Assembly (NCBI GenBank): GCA_964609135.1
Contig: CAZSQQ010000001.1
Span: 1-44,665 of the forward strand
Direction: 5' to 3'
From: an uncultured Candidatus Saccharibacteria bacterium
Lineage (GTDB): Bacteria; Patescibacteriota; Minisyncoccia; UBA6257; Colwellbacteraceae
DNA length: 44,665 bases
Shown: one piece after another, positions 9,045 through 18,140 of the stretch
Numbering within the stretch: the first letter of the stretch is position 1
Layout: every line of letters starts with the position of its first letter
Notes under the pieces: generated by a model
What the model was told of the DNA's origin: nothing
Database searches by the model: none
What the model saw: the letters and a program-made list of their open reading frames with translations, nothing else
Made by a program: the position numbers and the translations under genes

Positions 9045-10065
9045 AAGCGTCGGCATTGACTTAGGGACAACCAATACGCTTGTGTATCAAAAGGGGAAGG
9101 GGATTGTTGTCGGCGAGCCGACCCTGATTGCCCTAAACAACCGAACCGGACAAATTCTTTTCATCGGCCATGAGGCGAAGAAAATGCTTGATCGAACTCC
9201 GTCTCATATAACACTGGTTAAGCCTCTCATCAACGGCATCGTTTCCGATTTTGAGATGACCGAAGAGATATTGAAATACTTCTTAAGGAAAATAAACGGC
9301 AAAAATCTTTTTTCTCGGTATCACATGGCGGCGGTAAGCATCCCCAGTAATCTCACGGAGGTTGAGAGGAAATCCGTCGAGGATGCGGTTGTTTCAGCCG
9401 GCGTGGGCAAGGTGCTCTTGGTCGAAGAGACCATCGCTTCAGCTGTGGGAGCGAGATTGCCCATCGAAGAGCCGGGAGCCAATATGATTATTGACATAGG
9501 GGGAGGAACGACCGATATTGCCATTATTTCCGTGGGAGGAGTGGTCATCTCGAAAAGCCTGAAGATCGCCGGCCAAAAATTCAACGACGACATAATTCGC
9601 TTCATTAAAGATGAATTTAAAGTTTTGATCGGGGAACCAACCGCCGAAGAGCTGAAGGTCGGCATCGGCTCGGCCGTCGCCTTGGATGAGCGTTTGGAGA
9701 TGCCGGTCCGCGGCCGAGACATGTCAACCGGACTGCCTCGCGAATTAATGATCAAGAGTTCTCACGTCAGGGCAGCGCTCCAGAAATCATTAAGACTTAT
9801 CGGCGAGGAAATTAAAAAACTGGTTGAGGAAGCTCCGCCGGAACTTGTGGGAGACGTCTTAAAAAAGGGGATTTATTTGTCCGGCGGCGGGAGCCTCTTG
9901 AAAGGCTTAGATCGCTATATTGAAAATGAAATAACGGTGACCACGATTGTGGTTGACGATCCCCTAACCTGCGTGGTGCGGGGTTTAGGGATAATCATCG
10001 AGGACGGCAGGAAATTCGAAGCCATTCTTTCAAATCAAGCGCGGCCAAGGCAAATCAACGCCTAA
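9019..10065 (+). CDS. mreB: Rod shape-determining actin MreB paralog 2
   Basis: GIDLGTTNTL, DIGGGTTD, AGQKFND and LSGGGSLL motifs; directly upstream of mreC. Confidence 0.95.
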   Translation: MNFWQNFYKSVGIDLGTTNTLVYQKGKGIVVGEPTLIALNNRTGQILFIGHEAKKMLDRTPSHITLVKPLINGIVSDFEMTEEILKYFLRKINGKNLFSRYHMAAVSIPSNLTEVERKSVEDAVVSAGVGKVLLVEETIASAVGARLPIEEPGANMIIDIGGGTTDIAIISVGGVVISKSLKIAGQKFNDDIIRFIKDEFKVLIGEPTAEELKVGIGSAVALDERLEMPVRGRDMSTGLPRELMIKSSHVRAALQKSLRLIGEEIKKLVEEAPPELVGDVLKKGIYLSGGGSLLKGLDRYIENEITVTTIVVDDPLTCVVRGLGIIIEDGRKFEAILSNQARPRQINA

Positions 10066-10066
10066 G

Positions 10067-10741
10067 ATGTTCAGCCGGCCAAAAGTTTTATTGATCCTCT
10101 CGATACTTTTGGGAGCAGTGGTTTATGACCGCTTTTTTCATGATTCTAAGTTTTTCACCGCCGCTTTCGTTTCCGATTTTCTCACTGGCCTCGCGCCCTC
10201 ATCCGAGCTAAAAGAGAGGATTGCCGCTCTCGAGGAAGAAAACGAAAATCTGCGTCTCCAGATTTTTAATCAGACTATTTTTGAGAAAGGTAAAATTAGA
10301 GTTTACTCAAGCTATCCATTCAACAACAAAAAAGAAATTCTTATCGCCGCCGGAGCTCTTCAAAACTTGAAAGAAGGCGATGTCGTTACTTACGGAGACG
10401 GGATTCTGGTCGGAGAGATAACGCAGGTCACGGCGTCATCAAGCATTGTCAAAACCGTTTTTGATCCGGCGTTTCGGCTGGCGGTGAGAATCGGCAAGAG
10501 CGAGACCGACGCGCTCTTCACCGGCGGCAACGAACTGATCTTGAGTTTGATACCGAAAAAAGCTCAAATTTCTCCCGGTGACCCCGTCATAACCGTGAGC
10601 CGGGATCTGCCTTACGGCCTTGAAATCGGGCGAATCGGGACGATAGAAGACGTTGAGAGCACTCAATTCAAAAGAGCCGTCGTCGAGCCAAGCTTTAATC
10701 TTCAAAGTTTGAGGAATGTCACCGTTAGGCCGTCTCATTAG
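10067..10741 (+). CDS. mreC: Rod shape-determining protein MreC
   Basis: TM helix, coiled coil (LEEENENLR), GILVGEI and GD.VIT...P.GL.IG.I motifs; operon position. Confidence 0.9.
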   Translation: MFSRPKVLLILSILLGAVVYDRFFHDSKFFTAAFVSDFLTGLAPSSELKERIAALEEENENLRLQIFNQTIFEKGKIRVYSSYPFNNKKEILIAAGALQNLKEGDVVTYGDGILVGEITQVTASSSIVKTVFDPAFRLAVRIGKSETDALFTGGNELILSLIPKKAQISPGDPVITVSRDLPYGLEIGRIGTIEDVESTQFKRAVVEPSFNLQSLRNVTVRPSH

Positions 10742-11153
10742 CGTTTTTTTGGTCTTGGGCGCCGCTTTGCTCCAGCTTACCAGTTTCACTTTTCTCTGGG
10801 GAGTAAAACCTAATTTAACGCTGATTTTGATTCTCCTCTTTTCGGTCGCCGTTCGCTCCTGGACCTACAGACTCATCTTACTTGTCGTCGGGGGAACATT
10901 TTTAAAATTTTATGCCGGGAAAGACATCAGCACTTTTATTTTTCCCCTCATAACGATGCTCGCGATTTTGCTTACGGATTATCTTCCGTGGCAGAGCGCC
11001 ATTAATTACTCTCTGGCAGTAATAACGGCAACAGTTATTCTTAATATCCCCGGATCTTCATTGGGGATTGTATTTCTGGAAGCGGTTTATAATTTGGTAT
11101 TATTCTGGACGGGTCATTACATTCTTTCTAAAGTCAATGCCAAGAAGATCTAA
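10716..11153 (+). CDS. mreD: MreD-like membrane protein
   Basis: Highly hydrophobic; KPNLTLIL motif; lies between mreC and mrdA. Confidence 0.65.
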   Translation: MSPLGRLISVFLVLGAALLQLTSFTFLWGVKPNLTLILILLFSVAVRSWTYRLILLVVGGTFLKFYAGKDISTFIFPLITMLAILLTDYLPWQSAINYSLAVITATVILNIPGSSLGIVFLEAVYNLVLFWTGHYILSKVNAKKI

Positions 11154-12966
11154 AGATTTTCATTTTGATGAGGCGGTGGCCGACAGTTTGGCGCCGAGTG
11201 AAAAAATAAAAGAGGAGCCGATTAAATCCCTAATCTTCAAGGCTGTCTGGGTTTCCAGTCTCCTTATTTCAATCTTGGCGCTTATAAGAATTTTCTTTTT
11301 AGGCGGTCTCCAGGGTTCCTATTACGCGGAAAGAGCTTTAGGAAACGTGAGACAGGAACTCCCGATCATCGCTCCCCGGGGAGTTATCTTAGACAGACGA
11401 GGAATTCCCTTGGTTGAAAATAAGACCATCTTCAGTGTTTTTCTTAGAGTTGATGAAATGATTAACCGGGGCGAGCGGGACAAAGTATCGAAAGCCACAG
11501 AGGAAATTTTAGGCATCAATCTGGACGAGAAATTGGCTAATCTTGAAGCTTCGGACTTGGAAAATTATTTAGATTATCTCATAGCCGAGGACATTTCTCC
11601 AAAACAGGCAATTGATCTAAAAAGCCTGAATCTTGGTTCACTGCGCGTGGAAGACGATTATAAGCGCAGCTATCGGTCCAATGCTTTTGCCCACGTTGTC
11701 GGCTATGTCGGTCGGCCCAACAAGGACGACCTTTCCAAAAATAAAAAACTAAACGTGAGCGACAGCTTAGGAAAAGCGGGACTTGAGGCATACTACGACG
11801 GCATTTTAAGGGGAGAAAATGGCAAGAAGCTCGTTTATAAAAATACCAAAGGTGAGGTGCAGAAAATTGAGAAAAGCAAAGATATAAAGATTGGACAGAT
11901 TTTTAAAACGACTATTGACGCCGATTTCCAGGAATATTTTTACAATCGCCTGCGTGAGGGATTGCAATCTTTGGGACGAACATCCGGAGTCGGTATCGCC
12001 ATAAATCCCGGAAACGGCGAGGTTTTAGCTTTAGTCAGTTCTCCCACTTTTGATCCGACCAAAGTCTCCGAATTTTTAAATGATCCTACTGAACCCCTTT
12101 TCAATCGCGCGGTCTCCGGCGTCTATAATCCCGGCTCAACCATAAAACCCATTCACGCGGTTGCAGCCCTGAAGGAAAGAGTTATTGATACCAAAAAGCA
12201 AATCTTTTCTGCAGGCTTCATTGAACTCCCCAATCCTTTTGATCCCTCTCAACCCAGCCGCTTTTTGGACTGGCGTCCTCACGGCTGGGTTGACTTGTAT
12301 TCCGCCATTGCCAGATCCTCGAACGTTTACTTTTATGAAGTGGGTGGGGGATTTGAAGGCTTAAAAGGTTTAGGCATCGACCGCTTGCTAACTTACTGGC
12401 AAAAATTTAGTTTGGATAAAAAGACCGGCATTGATTTGCCGGGTGAATCATCGGGATTTCTTCCCAACCCCGATGAGAAAGAAAAAAGAACCGGCACCAT
12501 CTGGAGAATTGGTGACACTTATAACGTTTCCATCGGTCAGGGAGATATAGCGGTAACTCCGCTCGAACTTCTAAACGGTATTATCGCTATTGGGAATGGG
12601 GGCAAGGTTTTTGAACCGCATATCGCTGAATCCAGAGAAGTCAAAGTGATTTTTGATCTTAGTGAATTAGAGCCATACTTGAAAGAGGTGCGTAAAGGAA
12701 TGGAAGATGCGGTCTCTAAATCCTATGGCACTGCGAGACTCCTCTCCGATCTGCCGGTTAAGGTGGCTGCGAAAACCGGAAGCGCTCAGACATCGAATAA
12801 CACCAAGACTAACGCACTTTTCGTTGGCTACTCCCCGCGAGAACACCCCCAGATTGCTATTCTGGTCTTAATTGAGAACGCCAGGGAGGGGAGTTTGAAC
12901 GCCGTCCCGATAGCTAAGGATGTTTTAGGGTGGTATTATAAAAATAGAATGATTTCTAATCGGTAA
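11137..12966 (+). CDS. mrdA: Penicillin-binding protein 2
   Basis: APRG.I.DR, SxxK (GSTIK), SxN (SSN) and KTG motifs. ATG 11137 is more likely than the track start at 11068. Confidence 0.95.
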   Translation: MPRRSKDFHFDEAVADSLAPSEKIKEEPIKSLIFKAVWVSSLLISILALIRIFFLGGLQGSYYAERALGNVRQELPIIAPRGVILDRRGIPLVENKTIFSVFLRVDEMINRGERDKVSKATEEILGINLDEKLANLEASDLENYLDYLIAEDISPKQAIDLKSLNLGSLRVEDDYKRSYRSNAFAHVVGYVGRPNKDDLSKNKKLNVSDSLGKAGLEAYYDGILRGENGKKLVYKNTKGEVQKIEKSKDIKIGQIFKTTIDADFQEYFYNRLREGLQSLGRTSGVGIAINPGNGEVLALVSSPTFDPTKVSEFLNDPTEPLFNRAVSGVYNPGSTIKPIHAVAALKERVIDTKKQIFSAGFIELPNPFDPSQPSRFLDWRPHGWVDLYSAIARSSNVYFYEVGGGFEGLKGLGIDRLLTYWQKFSLDKKTGIDLPGESSGFLPNPDEKEKRTGTIWRIGDTYNVSIGQGDIAVTPLELLNGIIAIGNGGKVFEPHIAESREVKVIFDLSELEPYLKEVRKGMEDAVSKSYGTARLLSDLPVKVAAKTGSAQTSNNTKTNALFVGYSPREHPQIAILVLIENAREGSLNAVPIAKDVLGWYYKNRMISNR

Positions 12967-12971
12967 GATCT

Positions 12972-13961
12972 ATGAAGGGAAGTGAACTGCGACAAGATCT
13001 CGTTTCCAGCGATTGGATTTTGATTGCGCCGGGGCGAGGCAAAAGACCGGATCAGTTTGTGAGTAGAGGAAAATCAAAAAAGGCGCCTTTAAAGGGCTGC
13101 CTTTTTGAAAACCCGGAGAAAGCAGCAGGCGGTAAGCCAATCGTAGTTTATCCCAAGGGCAACGCCTGGCGTCTTATGATTATACCCAACAAGTTTCCGG
13201 CAGTCGTTTATAAAGAAATTAAGGTTTTAGCAAAAAGGGTTGGCCCCTATTCGGTAATTCCGGGGATTGGCTATCACGATCTCTTAATTACCAGAGACCA
13301 CGATAGAAATTTTGCCAAACTCGCCTTATCTGAAGCTAATTTAGTTTGGCGCTATTTTCAGAATCGCTATTTGATGTTTCTGCCAAAAAAGAACTTATCT
13401 TATGTGGCCGTATTTCACAACTGGGGAGCCAAAGCCGGAGCTTCGGTTTATCACCCTCATTACCAAATAGTTGCCATTCCTGTTGTCCCGCCGGATGTCG
13501 AGCATTCTCTTCAGGGCGCTAAAAGTTATTTTCAGAAATATAAAAAATGCGTTCATTGTGAGATGATTGCTTGGGAGAAAAAACAAAAGAAGCGGGTAAT
13601 TTTTGAAAACAAGGGGGCAATTGCTTTTGCTCCTTTTGCCTCAAGTTCGCCTTTTGAGATAAGGGTTTTCCCGAAGAAACATCTGCCGTTTTTCGAAGAT
13701 ACTTCAAAAGAAGATTTAGCTTATGCCGTCGGCGCTCTCCAAACATCACTAAAGAAGATTGAAAAAGCCCTTAAAGAACCTGATTACAATTTCTTTTTGC
13801 ACACTGCGCCCTTAAAAAACAAGCGGCAGTATCTCTATTATCATTGGCATATTGAAGTTACGCCGAAAGTAACCATTGATGCCGGGTTTGAACTGGAAAC
13901 GGGGATGAAAATTAATGTCGTTGACCCTGATTTGGCAGCCAAATTCCTAAAACATGCTTGA
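12972..13961 (+). CDS. galT: Galactose-1-phosphate uridylyltransferase (GalT/HIT-like)
   Basis: ELRQD.VS..W..IA..R..RP, NKFPA, GASVYHPHYQ (HxH) and HWHIE motifs. Confidence 0.9.
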   Translation: MKGSELRQDLVSSDWILIAPGRGKRPDQFVSRGKSKKAPLKGCLFENPEKAAGGKPIVVYPKGNAWRLMIIPNKFPAVVYKEIKVLAKRVGPYSVIPGIGYHDLLITRDHDRNFAKLALSEANLVWRYFQNRYLMFLPKKNLSYVAVFHNWGAKAGASVYHPHYQIVAIPVVPPDVEHSLQGAKSYFQKYKKCVHCEMIAWEKKQKKRVIFENKGAIAFAPFASSSPFEIRVFPKKHLPFFEDTSKEDLAYAVGALQTSLKKIEKALKEPDYNFFLHTAPLKNKRQYLYYHWHIEVTPKVTIDAGFELETGMKINVVDPDLAAKFLKHA

Positions 13962-14550
13962 AAGCATCTCCCATTTTATCTTAAGTTCAATTGAGTCTCT
14001 GGGATATGTCGGCATTTTCCTTTTGATGGCGACAGAGAGCGCTAATATCCCCGTGCCATCGGAAATTATCATGCCTTTTTCCGGTTTTTTGGTTTCAGCC
14101 GGGAAACTGGATTTTCTTCTGGTCGCGATCGTGGGCGCTTTGGGCAATCTCTTCGGTTCCTTGATTAGTTATGGTTTGGGATATTTTTACGGAGAAAGGG
14201 CCATTACAGTGCTCTCCAAATTATTTCTGGTGAATGAGCGGGAACTGGAGAGCGCTAAAAATTTGTTCCGGAGAATGGGAGTGCTTTCAATATTTTTAAC
14301 CAGGCTCATGCCCGTTGTGAGAACTTTCATTTCATTTCCGGCAGGAATGTTCAAAGTCAATATAATCCAATTTTCGGTTTTGACTTTCCTGGGTTCTTTC
14401 CTGTGGGCGCTGTTTCTCACTTATATAGGAGTGTTTTTAGGAGAAAATTGGATGCAGTTCTCGGACTACTTTCGTCAATTCGATTATCTTATAATTATTG
14501 CGGCTATAGCTATCATTGTTTGGCGCCTGCGCCATCATTTTAAGAAATAA
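13954..14550 (+). CDS. DedA family membrane protein
   Basis: ESANIPVPSEIIMPFSG and R..PVVRTFISFPAG motifs. Confidence 0.93.
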   Translation: MLESISHFILSSIESLGYVGIFLLMATESANIPVPSEIIMPFSGFLVSAGKLDFLLVAIVGALGNLFGSLISYGLGYFYGERAITVLSKLFLVNERELESAKNLFRRMGVLSIFLTRLMPVVRTFISFPAGMFKVNIIQFSVLTFLGSFLWALFLTYIGVFLGENWMQFSDYFRQFDYLIIIAAIAIIVWRLRHHFKK

Positions 14551-15269
14551 TGGATAAAATTATTGTCGCCAACTGGAAGGCAAATCCAAACACCACCAAG
14601 CAAGCCGTAGCTCTCGCCAAAGCCCTTGATAAAAGGGGAGTAGTTGTCGCTCCGCCTTATCCATTTTTGGAACAGGTGGGGAGAGTCTTGAAAAAAGCAA
14701 CTTTGGGTGCCCAGGATGTTTTCTGGGCCGACTCCGGTCCTTATACCGGCGAGGTATCGTTGAAACAATTAAAGAGTCTCAAAGTTAAGTATGTAATCTT
14801 AGGCCACAGCGAACGCCGCAAGTATCTCGGGGAAACCGATGAGTTAATTAACAAGAAAGTTAAAGCCGCCTTAAAAATGGGTTTCAAAGTTATCCTTTGT
14901 GTGGGCGAATGGAAGCGGAAAAGCTTATCTTCTGCTAAGAGTTTTGTTAAAAACCAGCTTAGGAGAGATTTAAGAGGAACTAATAAGCTAGGTAGCTATC
15001 CAGCTAACAAGCTAATCATCGCTTACGAACCAGTCTGGGCAATTAGCACAGGCCGTGCTGGCGCTGACAAGCCAGAAGATGCTGTCGAAATGGCAAAATT
15101 CATCAAGCAGTTATTAGTCGTAAGTCATAAGTTATCAGTCAAGGTTCTATATGGCGGCTCTGTCAACGCCAAAAACGCTTATAGTTTTTTGAAACACAAA
15201 GAGATAGAGGGCGCTTTGGTTGGCGGCGCCAGTTTGAAACCAAAGGAGTTTAGGAAGGTAATTAAGTAA
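14550..15269 (+). CDS. tpiA: Triosephosphate isomerase
   Basis: ANWK, GPYTGEVS, GHSERR, AYEPVWAI, YGGSV and LVGGASL motifs. Confidence 0.97.
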   Translation: MDKIIVANWKANPNTTKQAVALAKALDKRGVVVAPPYPFLEQVGRVLKKATLGAQDVFWADSGPYTGEVSLKQLKSLKVKYVILGHSERRKYLGETDELINKKVKAALKMGFKVILCVGEWKRKSLSSAKSFVKNQLRRDLRGTNKLGSYPANKLIIAYEPVWAISTGRAGADKPEDAVEMAKFIKQLLVVSHKLSVKVLYGGSVNAKNAYSFLKHKEIEGALVGGASLKPKEFRKVIK

Positions 15270-15400
15270 TAACCCACCGCGAGCCAAAGGAGATTTTGAA
15301 AACCATAATACCAAGAAAATTAGGTTAATTGGGGTGAGGGTGGAGAAGTTGGGGTAAAATGAGTGCAGGGTTAGAATATATCTAAGGAGTTTTACTGATT

Positions 15401-17383
15401 ATGAATCAAGAAGATAAACAAACAATCGAAAGACTTATTAGAAAATATGAGTCTCTAACTCCTGTGCAACGTAGGAACTATAACGAGTCTATGGCATGTA
15501 AGGATTTCATTTTGCCACTTTTCAAAGCGTTAGGGTGGGATGTTTTTAATAGCAGCACAGAAGACGAAGTCACATCAGAGACACAGATAGCGAGAAAAAG
15601 AGTGGATTATGCATTTCATATAAGTGGCGTAACCCACTTCTTCCTGGAAGCAAAAAGGCTATCGGCAGATCTTCGAGAAGAAAAGTGGGCTGAACAAGCA
15701 GTAATGTACGCTTGGTATAAGGGAGCGGCTTGGGCTGTCTTAACTAATTTTGAGTCAATTAAAGTGTTCAATGCTGAATGGGATGAGCCGGATCCAGAGA
15801 GAAGCCTTCTCTTTGAAATTTCCTATAAAGATTATCTCACTGATGAGCGTTTATTATGGCTATCAAGGGGTGCTTTCAGAAAAGGACTTTTAGATAAATA
15901 TGCTAGTGAAAGCTTTAAAAAGCCAAAACGTGAACCAGTTGATAAGCAATTAGCCAACGATCTAATTCGATGGAGGAATATTCTTTTTACTAACTTGAGA
16001 AAATGGAATAGTGAAAGGCGTTTAACACCTAAACATATTGCCGAGTCAGTACAACGGATATTAGACCGCCTTATTTTTATAAGGACTACAGAGGATAGGG
16101 GTATAGAAGATAATCATCTTCAAGAACTGGTTAGAAGTTATCGGGAGAATAAAAAGGGATTTGATCTTATCGAGGAAATTAAAAAACTCTTTCTCAATTA
16201 TGATGGATGGTATAACAGTAAATTATTTGAAAAACATGCCTGCGACACTCTCGAGTACGAAAGTAGCTTCCTCGCCGATGTTATTGATGAGTTATATAAA
16301 AATAAGAAAGGCATCCGTTACGATTTTTCCTTTATTAATGCGGATGTTCTTGGGAGTATATACGAACAATATCTCGGTCATGTTCAACAAGTTGATGTCG
16401 ATGAAAAGAAAAGCAAGAGAAAAGAGCAAGGTATTTTCTATACACCTCGTTATATTGTTGAATACATTGTGGGAAATACTCTCGGTGAAGCTTTAAAAGG
16501 TAAACAAGCTCACGAGGCGTTAAAAGTAAAAGTCCTTGATCCAGCTTGCGGCTCCGGTTCGTTCTTATTGAATGCATTTGGGCTACTTGATGACTATATC
16601 GCTCGGAAGAGTGGGCATACAGATTCTAGTTCTGTGAATGCTTACATTCGTAGGTCATCTATTCTAACTTCGAACATATACGGAGTTGATTTAGATCCAG
16701 AGGCGGTGGAGATTGCACAATTGAATCTTCTTTTGAAAGTTGTAAGTAAACAAGAAAGGCTGCCGAATCTTGCCCATAATATCGAGTGTGGCAATTCGTT
16801 AGTTGACGGCAGTGCAGAGCTTAAAAGATATTTCGGTGTAGACTGGAGAGGGAAGAGACCCTTTAATTGGAAAGAGGTTTTCCCGGAAGTTTTCGAACAC
16901 GGTGGTTTTGATGTTGTTATCGGGAACCCGCCATACATCGATTCCGAAGAGATGGTTAAAAGTGATAAGAGTCTCCGGAATTATTGTGTCGAAAAATATG
17001 AGAGCGCAAAAGGAAACTGGGACATTTTTTGTATATTTCTAGAACGTGCACTTAATTTAACTAAGGAAGGTGGCTACGTGGGGATGATTGTTCCAAACAA
17101 GTTGCTTTCTGCAGACTACGCTGAGTCTATTAGGGAATTAATAAAACGTTTCTCGATTATTTCTTTAAGCGACTACTCAAGTATCAAAGTTTTTGGAGCG
17201 AGTGTTTATCCTATTGTAATAGTCATTAAAAAAGAGAAACCTTCTAAAAATCACTTAGTAACTATAAAACTATTCAAGGAAGAAGGGGAGAAGATTAAGC
17301 TTTTTGAAAGCGGCCGTTGCTCAGTCGATTTTACCTCGTACCCGGGGTTGGTCTTTAGTTTTTGGCCAGTCACATGGAGGTGA
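15401..17383 (+). CDS. Type IIG restriction-modification enzyme, N-terminal endonuclease plus N6-adenine methyltransferase part (frameshift-split)
   Basis: PD-(D/E)xK-like RVDY...LEAK, GIFYTP, DPACGSGSFL (motif I) and GNPPY (motif IV). The ORF ends in non-conserved residues overlapping the next ORF. Confidence 0.88.
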   Translation: MNQEDKQTIERLIRKYESLTPVQRRNYNESMACKDFILPLFKALGWDVFNSSTEDEVTSETQIARKRVDYAFHISGVTHFFLEAKRLSADLREEKWAEQAVMYAWYKGAAWAVLTNFESIKVFNAEWDEPDPERSLLFEISYKDYLTDERLLWLSRGAFRKGLLDKYASESFKKPKREPVDKQLANDLIRWRNILFTNLRKWNSERRLTPKHIAESVQRILDRLIFIRTTEDRGIEDNHLQELVRSYRENKKGFDLIEEIKKLFLNYDGWYNSKLFEKHACDTLEYESSFLADVIDELYKNKKGIRYDFSFINADVLGSIYEQYLGHVQQVDVDEKKSKRKEQGIFYTPRYIVEYIVGNTLGEALKGKQAHEALKVKVLDPACGSGSFLLNAFGLLDDYIARKSGHTDSSSVNAYIRRSSILTSNIYGVDLDPEAVEIAQLNLLLKVVSKQERLPNLAHNIECGNSLVDGSAELKRYFGVDWRGKRPFNWKEVFPEVFEHGGFDVVIGNPPYIDSEEMVKSDKSLRNYCVEKYESAKGNWDIFCIFLERALNLTKEGGYVGMIVPNKLLSADYAESIRELIKRFSIISLSDYSSIKVFGASVYPIVIVIKKEKPSKNHLVTIKLFKEEGEKIKLFESGRCSVDFTSYPGLVFSFWPVTWR

Positions 17384-18140
17384 CTTTATAGAACGTCTTT
17401 ATCAACACAGTCGCCAATTGCAACAAGTTTGCGATATTCATGGAGCGGCAACTGTCGAAGAAGCTTATAAGATAAAAAAGATTGTAGAAGAATTAGAACA
17501 TAAATTAGGAGAGAACTATTTCAAGTTTATAAATACAGGGACTATTAATAGATATATGTTTTTGTGGGGTAAGATAAAAACGAGATATATTAAATCAAGT
17601 TACTTACAACCCGTAGTTTCAAAAGCCGAATTTTTAAAAAGTTTTCCTAAACGGTACGCAGATGCTAAAGAAAAGAAAATAATTGTTGCTGGAATGACAA
17701 AAAGGATTGAAGCCTTTCTTGATGGGAACGGTGAATATATCCCAGGAAAATCAACCATTGTGATCAAAAAAAATACGAACGCCGATTTGAAATTTATTCT
17801 AGGAATTCTAAATAGTAAATTATTAACGTTTATTTATAAAAATACTTTTAGATCTTTAGCTTTGCAAGGCGGTTATCTAAGGTTTGGTGCGCGTCAATTA
17901 GAGAAACTACCAATTCCCCCTGATACAAAAGTCCTTGGGCCACTTGTCGATAAAATGCTGAATTTAAGTAAAGAATTACAAAAACTAGATTCCACCTTTG
18001 ATAAAGAGAAATATCTTGAAAAAATGGTAGAAATTGAGAAGGTTGATAAGAAAATTGATGAGATTGTGTATAAACTCTACGGCCTCACCCCGGAGGAAAT
18101 TAAGATTGTTGAGCAAAATTATGGTACGAAAAACAATTGA
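17304..18140 (+). CDS. C-terminal target-recognition (TaqI_C-like) part of the type IIG enzyme, +1 frame
   Basis: KIIVAG, LKFILGILNSKL..F.Y, L.GGYL.F....LEKLPIP and IDEIVYKLYGLTPEEI motifs, typical of IIG C-termini. This frame is open from 17268. Confidence 0.82.
   Translation: MKAAVAQSILPRTRGWSLVFGQSHGGDFIERLYQHSRQLQQVCDIHGAATVEEAYKIKKIVEELEHKLGENYFKFINTGTINRYMFLWGKIKTRYIKSSYLQPVVSKAEFLKSFPKRYADAKEKKIIVAGMTKRIEAFLDGNGEYIPGKSTIVIKKNTNADLKFILGILNSKLLTFIYKNTFRSLALQGGYLRFGARQLEKLPIPPDTKVLGPLVDKMLNLSKELQKLDSTFDKEKYLEKMVEIEKVDKKIDEIVYKLYGLTPEEIKIVEQNYGTKNN

Noticed and set aside
18034-18120. ORF-track start of the RT at 18034 (621 aa)
   Set aside because: This stretch lies inside the R-M C-terminal coding region; ATG 18121 gives a typical short overlap and RT motifs start after it.
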